Assembly: GCA_010356995.1 (NCBI GenBank)
Contig: ML996698.1
Coordinates: 369,923-433,922, forward strand
Reading direction: 5' to 3'
Origin: Trichodelitschia bisporula
Taxonomy: Eukaryota
Length of the DNA stretch: 64,000 nucleotides
Shown: one piece after another, positions 38,171 to 50,853 of the stretch
How the letters are laid out: every line of letters starts with the position of its first letter
How positions within the stretch are numbered: position 1 is the first letter of the stretch
The notes under the pieces: generated by a model
The model's database searches: none
The model's input: only the letters and a program-made list of their open reading frames with translations
Told to the model about the DNA's origin: nothing
Position numbers and translations under genes: made by a program

Positions 38171-39075
38171 ATGACTGAAGCTCTCCCAGAGATCGACTAC
38201 ACCAAGTGGCAGGCCCCAGGAGAAGGTGACGGTAAGCCACAACTTCTATCTATGCAGCCGAACATCAAGTAAATGTCAGGCGCATATAGTTCGCTCTCCC
38301 TGCCCCATGATAAATGCCCTCGCCAATCACTCCATACTCCCACATAATGGCAAAGGCATTACGAAAGAAATGGCTGTCAAAGCCCTCGGCGCAGCCATCC
38401 ACCTGGACAGCAACATCGCCAGTATCTTCGCCGCAGGCGGCGTAGCAGCGAATCCGGACCACAGTGCCCACACCTTCGACCTCAATCACGTCAACAAGCA
38501 CAACTGGATCGAACACGACTGCAGCCTGTCGCGCGACGACTTTGCCTTTGGGGACAACTGGCACTTCAACAAAGAAGTTTTCGACTCTGTCATGGCGCAT
38601 TACGGGACCGCTGAAAAGACGGACTTCGCCCACGCGAGCAAGGCCCGCTACTTACGCATACAGGCCAGCAAAGAGGCGCATAAGCGTGCTGGAAAAGAGT
38701 TTACCTACGGCATCAAAGAGTGCATCATGAGCTATGGCGAGACGGCTCTGTACTTGAACCTGTTGGGCAAGGACGGTGTTGCACCCTTGAAATGGGTTAG
38801 AATATTTTTCGGTATGCCCCTAGAGTGAGCTATATCGCTGATTGCTTCAGCTAACAGGTTCACCAGAAGAAGAGCGTCTCCCATTTGCAGAAGGTTGGCG
38901 GAAACCGGCGCAGCCGATCAATCAGACGCTCATGAACAAGACTATCTTCAGCTTGGTTTCAGCCAACGAGCACAAAGCAGAAGAAGCTACTGAAGTTGGC
39001 GTCGGGACAATTCAGGCCCTGAAGACTGTGGTTGAAAGCTTCATCAAGGTCCCATCTATTTGCACTGTTATGTGA
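38171..39075 (+). CDS. Heme-thiolate peroxidase (short unspecific peroxygenase/chloroperoxidase family), 3 exons
   Basis: WQAPG.GDVRSPCPMINALANHSILPHNGK (PCP heme ligand motif), IEHDCSLSRDD, WVRIFFEEERLP..GW. Confidence 0.92.
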
Positions 39076-39340
39076 TTCAATGGCAACTTTAAGTTGGACT
39101 TTTACAACCATCGGGCGTCAGGCGGCGAATATTGGTGAATACTTTGATACCTAGGCTCTTCGCTTTTTCGAGGTCAGTCATTTCGATAGGCGAGAGCAAG
39201 TGAGAGAAACCAAAGAGAATTCCGTGAAACTGCACCACATTCCAATGCAAACTCTGTACCGGAGTTTACTAGCGTTTAGTTTTCATTCCACTTTATTCCA
39301 CCAGTGTCTAGTAATGCAAGTGACCGACGAAGTTGCCTTC

Positions 39341-42093
39341 TTACCAGTCATCACCCCAGGCGGCATCTTCCTCATCGTCTTCCTTTTTCTTCTCTAGCTT
39401 TGTCACTTGTTTAGCGGGGGCGGCCCTGGGTTTCGATGTCACAGTCGCAGACTTCTTGCTTCCCACTGGGTTTGTGGAATTTGCCTTTGGCTTCAAGGTT
39501 GGCTTCGCAGCAACAGACTTGGTAAGCCCCTTGGGTAAGAACGTCTTCACCTTCGATTTCGCCTGAGCATCAAGCCATCCAGCAAAATCTGGCTCACCCT
39601 TGTCCTCAAAGGGGTTGCTGGTGACCGAGGTATTCTGGGAAGTTGGAGCCGTAAAAGGGTCTGTTTCTTCGCCCCATGCAGCCTCGCCGTCGCCCCAGGC
39701 AGTGTCCAGTTCATCTTCAACTAGCTGTGGGCTGCTGACAGAGGAGACGGGATTGCTTAAAGCGTGGGGAACAGGCCTGGATGGAAGTTGAAGTCCTCGC
39801 GACTGTGGGGTTGGCGGGATAGCCTTCGAGCTTTCAACTGATGGGGGTACGGAGCTTGAGCGAGCCTCACTCGTCAAAGCCGGGGACGCATCCGATGGAG
39901 CTTGCATTTGACCGCTAGCTGATGCAACCTTATTAGTAAATGACGAAATCGCCCATCCAGCCCACGACGTGTCCTGCTGTGGTGTCCCCATGCGAGGTGC
40001 ATTTGCAACATGTCCAGGGACGCCCGATGGAGCTTGGGCCGTGTCTGGGAGAGCCTGGCTGTATTTGCGGACTCGCTGGAGGTACAGATCAAGGGTCTTG
40101 TTCGCCTGGTCGCGTACAAGCCTAGACTTGTCAGTCTGGGAAGGTGATTTGGACAACTATAGATTACCTTTCCTTATCTACTAGGGACGGACAAAGTCCT
40201 GGTAGGATTTTTGTCGCACACTCTTCATCGCTGAACACATCTAGCGTAGCCGCCAAAGCCAACAGAGCAGCATTTCGAGCGTGAACAAATGGGTCACGCA
40301 GAGAACGCAAGAAGGCCGCCGTGAGGACTTTGGAACGTGACTGGATGCGATTAGTTGATGCCATAAGCGCCTTGTGCAACATACACCGGTGCCCAGATTG
40401 CGTGCAATTTTCCCCAGACAGATGGTCGTGTTTGTGCGAATGCCGGGCTGCTCATCATTGGCAGTTTTTGCAAGATGTCGCAGAAGTTCACCGTTGATCG
40501 TGCGGTCTGAAAGCTTTGGAACAACCACCAAAACTGCCTTGACTGTCTGTTCTCGAACAACTGGGGCAACATCGGAAAACCCTGTGACCTGTTTGAAATT
40601 TTGTTACTCTGTATGCGAGTTGTAGCGGAAGGTGAGAAGCCCGACTTACCATTTGTGGGAAAATTCCATTGTTCACAATCTTCTGAGACAAATGATCGAT
40701 CATCAACGGCAAGCCGTCTAGCAGACACACGCGAAGGGCGCGGTCCTGGTTCGCAAACAGTCGAACAATTACAGGAGTGAGGCGCTGCTCATATTCATCC
40801 TCGGAGAGTTTGGTGCCGATCTTCAAAATAAGGCTGAGCACTCTCGGGCCGCCGCCGCCAAATTCGACCGATTTCAGGAGCTCAGGCAGAACCTTCATTT
40901 TGAAGAAATCCTCTGGAAAGTCATCCGACACCTCCTCGAGCCGGCTGCGGGGCTGTTAGCGTGGATGACAACAGTGGGCAAAACTGGCCTAAGGAACTCG
41001 TCTTTTTCTGTCTCAGTCTTCAAGCCTAGGTTTTCGATGCCTTCGCTGAGGTGAATGAGAGGGATCTCAAAGAACCCCCCACTTCGCTGACCTTGTTCCA
41101 GGAATTGTGCTACCGATATTCGAGCCTTTGGGTTAGCATTTATCAGTCGTTTGTAACTCTGCTGCATGCTTGGAGAAATGCCTTTCGGCTGGCTAAGTTG
41201 ATCGGTGCTCGTGAAGATTCCGTTGAAAACCTCGTAAGTGAGGATCCCATAGCCGTATGCATCAGTGGCAGACAGTGGGCCTCGCTTCACCGCGTCCCAG
41301 CCAGTTTTCAGAACTTCCGGAGGTGAGTATCGCCCGGAATCTGGCATAAGGCTACCATATGTCTGTCAATGTCAGCCTCGAGCCCCGTTATCAAAGAAAA
41401 TCTGGCCCCTACGTATAGTATGGCGTCATCTTCCTTAATGGAACTGAGAGCTTCAAAACCTGCCAGTTTCCATTCGCCGCTTTCACTGGTGAAGACTGAA
41501 GAAGAGCGGACGCACCCATGAATGGACGCCGCATCCTCATTGATAAACTTGAGAGCTTTCTGTAATATGTTAAACTTATGAGTCTTCGGGTTCGTGAGAT
41601 TTCACGCCTACGGCAATGCTGTGCAATCCCCACTTAATCGTGCCCTCAGCCAAACTTTTGCGCTTGATATGCCAACTCAACGGTGTCAGGCGCTCCGTCG
41701 CGATGTAGATGTAGGAATCCGTCTGGCCTTCGTGTTAGCCATAGTTGACGCGATTAAGTATGCGAGCATACCCACTTCTACCGTATCAAAGACCTTTATC
41801 AGGCCGGGGTGGCGCAAAGTCCTGAGTTTGCGGAGGGCATTGCGGGCAAGAGGGAGGCGGGACTTGTTCACCGCAACATCGAAGGAGAATACGCTACATT
41901 TGGAGCTGTCTTCCTAAGGGAACAAGGGTCAGGAAGCAGTCCAAAGGATACGTGCGAGAGCCTAACATACTCGTTTGGTGCCATTGTGCAACGTCCAAAT
42001 CGATTGCTCAAGATCGATCCTCTCGTCGAACGAGTACGGAAAGGCAGGGCCCTTTGAGATCGCAGAAGCTACAGCAGACTTCAAAAAATCCAT
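39341..42093 (-). CDS. SCY1-like pseudokinase with HEAT repeats (Cex1/SCYL1), 9 exons
   Basis: MDFLKSAVASAI...LARNALRKLRTLRHPG, FFKMKVLPELLKSVEFGGG, DEQPGIRTNTTICLGKIA, RSLRDPFVHARNAAL, WAGWAISSFT. Confidence 0.92.
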
Positions 42094-43463
42094 GAAGGAA
42101 TGATAATATGGGATGGAAGAAGCAGCGTTCCAGAAATGTGACCGATATGACCGTGATTGTGAATGCAAGTGGAATTCTCACCTTGCGCACTTGTAACTCT
42201 GGTGCATCTCAACCCCTCGAAGCCAGCCACGCCAGCCAAACAGCAACATGTCATCAAAACCCTGAGGGGTCCAACGACGGGCTTGGCAAGGTGTGGCTTG
42301 AAAGCAGCCTTCCAAAGGTGGCCGTGCAGGTGAGCGACGTCCACGTGAGCTTTGCTCCTGGAAGGGACTAGTTTTCAGCCAGACGCGCCAGACAGGAACG
42401 CTCGGGGCTGGTCCGTGCGTAGAATTTGTTCACCTCTCGAGGGCGCGAGGACGACTCTCGTCCAGAGCCGTCCCCAATATCCTCCTTCAGAGTATATCCG
42501 CCCTCCTTAGCCGTTTGCCTCCCCTTGCACACCTTTCGTCTGTCTACACTGGTAGCCGTATTGTCGTTCCTTAATACCTGCGTTCTGCTCCTCTTTACAG
42601 CGTTGTGCGCCTCCCGCCCCCCAGCGTCGACCCGTCACAAAAGCCGAGACCTGGACTACAGTCGCGTCCTCCCATCAGCACCCTACCCGGGATACTATCA
42701 CAGCAACTAGTACCGTATGCGCTCCAAAGGCAATGGGTTGCAGCGCGGATCGAAAAGTGATTCTGGTTCAGCTGTGGCACGTGCCTTAAGAGTAATTTCG
42801 ACCAGGAGCGCAAAGTGTACGCCGAGTGGTGTCTGTCCCGGTAAGATGAAGCTTTCATTATATCTCGATGGAGAGCAGTCTTTCCTTATCCCGCGCCCGT
42901 GACGAGACAATGGTAAAAGGGCTTACTGGCCAACTGCTTTGCAGGTCCTGTGCCTGCGCGCTTTTCGCCTGCGGTGCTCGTGACGCTCGCTATGGCCCTG
43001 CGCTCGTTTAAGCAAGGCTCAAAGCTTTCTTTGAGATTATGCCGAAACACTGCTCAAGCTCATTGAGAACGCCGAGTAAATCATTCGCCCCGATTTGGAG
43101 CCTTCGTCTGTATGCATCGCCAGACAAGTGCCAATGGAACGGAGCTACACTGGCGAGCCGGGCCTTTTTGCCTCTGGTTCTGCTCCTTTCTAACTTGCCC
43201 GGAACAATGGCGTTGTTGGCTGCAGTGAGAATAGGCACGCAACGTGGGAAGGCGCACAAGTACGGAGCCGCTTTTGCAGGCCAAATGGTGACCCAAGTAA
43301 TAACTGAAAAGATCTGAGGCGGTCGACAACATTCAAACAGACAAATATCATCATTCGGGCTCTAGCTAACAATTTCCAGGCTCATCACTCGACACTGCAT
43401 ATATACAGACAGGAGTAGTCACATTTTCAAAGCATCGCCTCCTGAACGCTGGACAGAATCATC

Positions 43464-46400
43464 ATGCAATCTCCCAGGGACCTGCACAAAAAAAGCAAGA
43501 AGAGACGGCGAATTGACAGTTACAGGTCCTCAGATATGGGGGAAGATCATCAGACACTGCCGCAGGCCGACACGTACCGCCCTTCCGACTCCGGTCCCTC
43601 CAGAGGAATCGACTCGTACAGGCCACCCGAGCGCAACTTTGCCGGAGTACCCGATGTGCACAGATCTACCAGCTCTAGCACGTCCAGAACTGTTAATGGT
43701 TCCCGGCCATCGCCCAGCGGTATAAAACAGCCTTCCCCGCGCGGACCACGTCCATCTTGGGCCGACTTGAATCCTTCTAAGAAGTCTCCCGTTAAGTGGA
43801 CCGAGTCGACGCCCTCAAAATCCGACTCCTTTGACTACTCCAGGGTTCCTAGAGGACCCGCAGCAGATATGGGAAATGTCTCATCGGCTCAACCTTCGCG
43901 AAACGCTTTAACTTCTCCACATGTGTATATCACCCTCCGGGAAGTCAATCGGCCTTACCCGATTTTCTTCCAGCCTGAGTGGGTTCCACATATGGAGAAG
44001 CTCCTGAAAAATAAGGGAATTCGCCACATCACGAAATTACAGAGCGATCCACATGGATGCTACGTGTTTTTCGAGGATCATGCCTCCGCACAAGCAGATA
44101 CCTGCGCCCTCCGATGTGCAAAATCACGACTTTTCAGCGCATATGCGATGGACATCAAGGCCGTCAAGTCTGGAACCAAGGCACAACCCTTGGCAAGCCT
44201 CCCTGCTCAAAGCAAGATGCGGGATAGTTCTGAAGTACACTCCCCTACCAATCCTGCTTTGTCCACCCCCCAACGACCCAAAGACGATCCTGCCGGTAAC
44301 AAAGTGGCGATTGATGATGCAGGGACCATCTTGACCGTTCAGACAGAACCGCAGCAGAGCGTCCCTACCGGTGTGTCGGGGGAGCCAAAGCCGGTGGCTT
44401 CGGTGCAATTGCAGGCAGCAAGTAAGCCGGTGGCTTCAACTGAGTCTGCAAAGAGGTCTTCAGTCGAATCCAATCAAGGCTGTAAGTACTCTGCCAGAAC
44501 ATGTTTAAGTTCCCGTGTCAAACTCAGCGCCCTGGCAGCTACTTCGGCAGCAACACCAGGTCCAATAGGCAGAAATCACTCTGTCCCACAGTCACACGGC
44601 TTGATAAGAAACCGGTCACCAGCTTTCGACCGCCAAGCGCGAAATGGCATTTCCTTCTTGCGTGCCGATGACGAAATATCTCAAGTCAGCGGATTCGCAC
44701 CTTCCGAAGTCTCGTCGGTCGGCTCCAAGATAGATCTGACGCAATGCGCGGCTTGCAAAAAGGGTGCGAACGGCATCAATCCCTTCGTTCAGTGCTCAGC
44801 ATGCCGTCGGAACTATCATGAGACATGTGGAAAGTCTCCTATCAACCTCCTCGAAAGGTAAGGAAGAACGAGATTTCGCATCAAGCGTGTGGCCTGACGG
44901 AGCCGTAGGTCGAAATGGCGGTGCCTAAGGTGCATCAAGCGGCAGAGACGCGCTCCAGTGTCTAGCGAGCAAGGGAACCCCGGCGGCCACCCACCTTCAG
45001 CTAATACACCACCTTCCCTTCCTACGGTCTGCCAGACCGGCACGGATTTACATCCCGAATCTGAGCCTGCCAGATCAAAGAGTCCCCTCTGCGACAATAC
45101 ACAGAACCCCCAGCCCTTAGGAGATGTCAAACCGCTCATTGCGAAATCCCCCTCCCCTCTTAATGAGCAGCCCCCGCCTGATTGCTTTGTAACCAGTTTC
45201 GGCTCCGAGTTCATGAGCGTGAGTGATAGTGTTCTCTCATCTACGCTTCTAAGCGATGGTTTGCGCTCAGACGACCACCGTCCGCCGCCTGCCGGTGTGA
45301 TCACAGACCGCCGAGACGCCCCGGTTGCTCAAGAACTACAGAATGAAGCTGTTCCGGACCGGAGGCCTCTCCAACTCAGCTCTTCAGGATCTGCAGCACG
45401 GATGGAGGCCCAACCCGAGCAGCTCTCTGTACCTATGGACACCTCGCTTCCTGGTAATGCTCTGCCAGCCTTTCGTATTGTATGTAATACCTGTAGCAAC
45501 CCAATATCAGCTAAAAATCCATCATGGTAAGTTACTTCACTTCGGCGGTTGCGTTGGCTAATACGAATCAGTGCTCAATGCCAGATAACGCAGTCACAGC
45601 CGGGCCAGGATCAAGCGCTACATTTGATAAAAGCGGGTTTGCCTGTCACAACTGGGCGCGTGAATGTCTCTACATCCAGTAGCTCTCTTTCTCCATATGA
45701 TGAGGATTCTAGCAGTCTGAGCAGTCTGTCCCCTGAAAGTCCTCCCGCGACTGGACCGAACAGTGCTACAACACCGGCTTTAAGAGAGGAACTGTTCGTG
45801 GAACAGAACTCCACGTCCCGCAGTACTTTTCCTCCAGAATACCTTCCCACGACGTCTGCAGCGAGGGTCCTTTCACATTCGCGTAGTAACCCGGGTGAGA
45901 ACGGCCAGCTAGCTGCTGCGACACAGACGGGACGCCCCCCATCGATCTTCAAGTACAAAGAACTGATAGCTTTGGCGTTACGAAGAGGTGGACGAAAGAA
46001 TGCGTATGAGACATGGATGTGGGTGGTGCAGAACATTCCCAACATGCGTGCCGACGACAAGAAGCTGCAGGCGGGCCTCAGCTCCGCTCTCGCCAAACAC
46101 CCGGAATTCGTCAAGGAGGAAATGCCTGGAAAACTTCGTTGCGTCTATTCATTACGCGGTGACTATGACAAGTCTCTGATCGATGTCAACAAAATTGAGC
46201 GTTTGTACGCCCTACACGGCATCCACGCGACATCGGCACGAGAGATTGAGCCATCAGGGAGACATGCCGCACCCCATGCTACCATGACAAACAACCAGAC
46301 GGCTAGAAATAACTGTCGTCGGACCCTCAAGATGCCGAAAGCTTCTCAGCAGCCGCCGAGATTATCACCGCCGAGAGCGCCGCAGGTAATAGAACCGCTA

Positions 46401-47516
46401 TTGTCGTCGAAGACTTTGCTGACATATTTACTGAATCTCACTCAACCCGTGCCGGCGTTGAAGGCATCACAAATTTTGCCTGCGTCTTCACTGAAAGCAA
46501 GAAAGTCGGCAACTGCCTTTCCTCTCGCACCTTCCTCAAGACTAGATGGAGAACATGGGCATGCTCATCGCATAACCCCTGCCCTTCCAACTCCATCTCG
46601 AGGACAGTCCAGTACCTCAGGTATCAATGGTACCGTACCGTCAAAGGTCTGTTCCAATGCTTTTATTCAGGTTATTGTCCACTAAAAATTAGCAGACGGA
46701 CACGGGGATGCGTAAGAGCAGCAAAAAGCGGAAGTTCTCTGATTTCGTTTCAACCGAGGTCGCTGAAGCGTTGCGATTGACCACCCACGCCCCAAGCGCC
46801 AACATCAACGGTTATCGCACCCCAAAGTTCGACGACCCCGATGAGGCCACCCAGGCAGATGTTGAAGCACTATTCTCGATCTCGAATAAGTTGCCGCATG
46901 TGGATCCTTTTGTGGATCCCTCAAGAGCTCCTGCAAAGGGGAGGAAGGGAACATCCAGGCCCGTCGAGTCTGGAAACGGATCCAGACCAACTGTCAAAGA
47001 CCTTTTCGCTGAATGCCCGTGGGAAGATCCGCACTGGCCTGGAAATGCTGGCTTTGACCGGGAGGCAAAGATAGCTGAGATCAAACGGCGACCTCCCCGA
47101 AAGCATCCGATAAAGCCCCCGTCCACCACCACCGACACCCCCCGGAATGTCCGCTATCCGGCAAATCCACTGATCCAGAATCAAAGAGGATATTTCAAGT
47201 GGATGGAACAACGGGCAAAAGAATTTGGTGCCGGTTATGCAGTCCGTCCTGAAAACGAGACCACCAACGAAACCTCAACATATACAAGCAAAGCTAACAG
47301 TATCCTCGTTTTCGGTACCCTGGAAGCTGCCTTGGAACTTCCTCGAATTCCTATATTTAGTATGGATAAGCATGGGTATGTCGAAGTTCGAGATGCATCT
47401 GGCGTAAGTCGTCAGCCTATAATGCCTGCCGAATATCAAAAACTAATCCGCACTTCTAGTTCCACAACATTCAAAGAGTCTGGAAAACCACCCTCGGACA
47501 TTTCGATGAAGAGTGA
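43464..47516 (+). CDS. Multi-exon putative chromatin protein with SET_assoc-like, PHD finger and forkhead-like domains
   Basis: PHD: CAACKK..FVQCSACRRNYHETC..|WRCLRC across intron 44858-44908. Forkhead-like RPPSIFKYKELIALAL..YETWMWV..NIP..LSSALAKHPEFVK. The N-terminal block resembles the fungal Set1 SET_assoc domain. Exon boundaries partly uncertain. Confidence 0.7.
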
Positions 47517-47708
47517 TAGAAGTTGAAGGCCGGACGAACGATGAGTGACTATTCGATCACGAGGAATGCCTACATGGATCCCGTTGAGAGTAACGACGGA
47601 ATTCTGAAATATACTATCAGGCATTTGGGTGCATCGCAGCTTGTCTCTACCATTCTCAGAAGCATACACTAGGAATTGTACAAGCGTAATCAATAGTAAG
47701 TTACGCGC

Positions 47709-48510
47709 TCAGTCTGGGGTCAACAGCGTTTCTTGCCCTGAGCTGTGCAGCTGCCCAGATTCCGCATGAGGTCTCGACACGCAGAGCTCCCTTTTTAAAC
47801 GTGCATTTTCTGTCTCCAGAGCCTCAATCTTCTCCTGCATGGTCTCATTTTGCTCCTTTGCCCCAAGACTGAGCTCCTCCACGATCTTGATTATGCGCCA
47901 CAAACGCAGTACGATAACAAGTGAAGCCACCTCTTCGGCCAATCCGCGTAGTGTCGTATCCGCAACAAGTCCAGCCAAAATTACCAGCGCATCGAAGCAT
48001 CGAAACGGCGAGCGGAAATAGCTATTACTTTTAGTCAAAATCGCTGGTGCAGTTGGCGTGCAATCGGCGCTTGTGAAATTGTAAGATCAACTTACGAGAG
48101 TCCGAAGGCCCATACCGATACCAGTAGCTCTGCCACGAAGAGGCAAGATATAGTCAGGCCAGTAGCTGCAAGAGTATCCAGGGCTACCTGCCAGCCACGT
48201 CCTTTACCACCGGATTCGCAGCGGAACAGCTGTACGAGGAATTCTGGTTGACAAACGTTATGCCGATGCAAATGAGGGGAGTCGTTTTTTCAGAGACTGT
48301 ACCCGCGATGACACAAGTGACGTCAAGCACAACCAGCATAATTACGGCGTAGTGGCCCGTTTTGGACGTCAAGACGTTTTGGATTCTCTCGCGGGGATTG
48401 GGGATGCAGATGGCATGTGCTCCGGGCTGGATCCATTGCTTGAAATTCGCGATCGGGTGGGAGAGGAAGGGCATTCGTTGCCCTGTAACATGTTCTTCGT
48501 CATGCTGCAT
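47709..48510 (-). CDS. Voltage-gated proton channel (Hv1-like), 3 exons
   Basis: S1 HYAVIMLVVLDV (selectivity Asp), S3 FDALVI, S4 IVLRLWRIIKIVE, C-terminal coiled coil KIEALETENARLK. Confidence 0.85.
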
Positions 48511-49016
48511 AGCTTGAAGGCGGTTTGGAGTGATGTTCGATTAACGTGAAGCTGTCTGTACCTATGTACGCGACTACCATAACGTATTAGCTGACCAGCC
48601 AGTGAGTGACTTGCTAGGTTTGGCAGTGACGAACTGACGCCATAGACGCGCGGTAGTTCGCACTTGATAAAGCTTATCTAAGCGCCGCCGAGGCCCCCTT
48701 GGCCGCAGCAAGTTCCGCGTCGTGCACAGACCGTAACGCTAGTCTAGACGCAAGCACGTCCAGGAAACCTCTCCTCGCTCCATCACCTCTTCTGAACCTT
48801 TCCGGTCAGTGTCGATACCTCGAACTTACTCATACTTGACCCACCGTGTGCTTTCACACTCGCACCTTCGGCAGTCAAACGTGTGTCCACTTATCCTCGC
48901 TGCGCAAAATAACGCCACCTGTAAGATCTACCACTTTTTTTGGCGTTCTCAGCATTTCAAGTACTAAGCAGCTCTTCCTAACAGTTCTTGACGCAAACTC
49001 GCCGCATCCCACCGAT

Positions 49017-49974
49017 ATGTCAGAGCCTAGCCCCCAGCGTGAAGTGGAGGAGCGCAGTGGCGACATCAGTAATGTCGACGCGCTAGACGTTCACGAAGAC
49101 AACGAAAACGATGAAGTAGGCGGATCGTTGATATTCCGTGGCCAGTGAACTCACCAACATGCAGGAGGAAATAGCCAAAATGAAGAAGCGTCTCGAAGAC
49201 ATGGAGGCTGAAGCCGCGAAGCTCCGCGAGATGCAGAACGTACTCGACAACACGAACCCGGCTGGATACAACGGCCATTCAGAAAACAAAGAGGCCATTG
49301 ATGCACGTAGCATCTTCGTGGGCAACGTCGACTACGGTGCCTCTCCGGAAGAGATTCAGGATCATTTCAAGAGCTGCGGCTCCATCAACCGGGTGACCAT
49401 CCTGCTGGATAAGTTCACTGGTCATCCTAAGGGGTTAGTCTGAAAAGAGTCTGAAGCACTTGGAATTTGACAATGAGCACATTGGTCTGCGCGATAAGTT
49501 ATCGCACGGCCATTCCCATGATCACCTCAAGAATCCTTCGCTTCCTGGCAAGAGCTTGGCAGCAAGAGGCGGAACACTAATTGGGCGTATGCAGGTATGC
49601 CTATGTGGAGTTTTCCGAGCCACGTCTTGTGACACAGGCATTGGTCCTGAACGATAGCGTTTTCCGAGGTCGCAACTTGAAGGTATGACCACTCGAATGC
49701 GTCAGCCTCGTCAGTTTAACCCATGTGTAGGTCATCCCCAAACGCACCAATCTCCCTGGGATGACGCGTGGCCGTGGCCGCGGTGGTGGGCCTCCTGCGG
49801 GTCGTGGTGGCTTTGGTGGTCGCGGTCGCGGATACGGTGCTCCGTACCCTCACCCTCCACGTGGCGGGTAAGTCTATAATCTAACCCTAACACATCTCTT
49901 AAGTCGTTTCTGACTTCTTCGCCAGGTATCGTGGTGGATTCCGAGGCAGAGGCAGGGGTTTTTCTCCGTATTAG
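49017..49974 (+). CDS. PAB2: Nuclear poly(A)-binding protein 2 (Pab2/PABPN1), 5 exons
   Basis: [24 protein letters not shown] coiled coil, RRM ([14 protein letters not shown]...KGYAYVEF...KRTNLPGM) and RGG tail ending GFSPY. Confidence 0.92.
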
Positions 49975-50853
49975 TGTGCGCGAAGAACTGGATTTAGTAG
50001 ACTGGCATATCGCATGTATTTGCATCGCAGCACTAGTGTTGGACCGGGCCGGCTTCGTCTTGAGGCTGATCCGTCGTGGAGTTGGTACTTTGGTCACTGT
50101 AGAATATGGGACAGCCACTAATTTTCTGGGCGTTTTTGGGCGTCTTGATGTTCTTACAGGCACCTCAATATTGGAACGCCTCGTAAAGATGCTCAGATTC
50201 CAGGTGCGAATGTACTGACTCAGAAATAGGTACAGGTATCGTCATCGCCGTAGCATCCAGCACTTGCCAGATCAGCGTCCGGTTTGGGCCCAGGAGTTCA
50301 CCCTGCCTCTGCGGCTTAGAGACAGCGGCCGCACGTAGAGACATCGATCAAGTTAGATGCAAAGTACCAAGTTGCACGCAGTAGAGGGTGAGAATTTGTC
50401 CCCTTTCAAGACGATGACAGGTTTTTACGCTCCCCGTAGGTCTGGCCTTTTCATCAGCTTAAAGTCATTCTACCGGTACAGAGAGCAGCTAGCCTCGACA
50501 CGATAATGAAGCTGCATAACTGTGAAACAGAGTGACATAACTTAGACCAGACGGTATACGGATGTACAGTAAGAAGCCAGTGTACCTACCGTACCACAGT
50601 AATCCGCGCCCGTGCAGTGTTATACCGGTACGGTAGCGCGTTGTGTGGCGATGACGCCCTCGAACGCGAACCCCAGCCACAAGCAGTCGCGAGCCACACG
50701 CGCCTCAGCGCAACTCGCGTTTTCCCCTAACAGAATAAAGTGCCCGCACCTGCACCGCGTCTTACCCTAGTTCCATTGCACCTCACACCCTTCGCCTCCC
50801 ACACTCTCCCCAACATCGTGACGACATTTATTCCATCACCATCCGCCGAGAAA

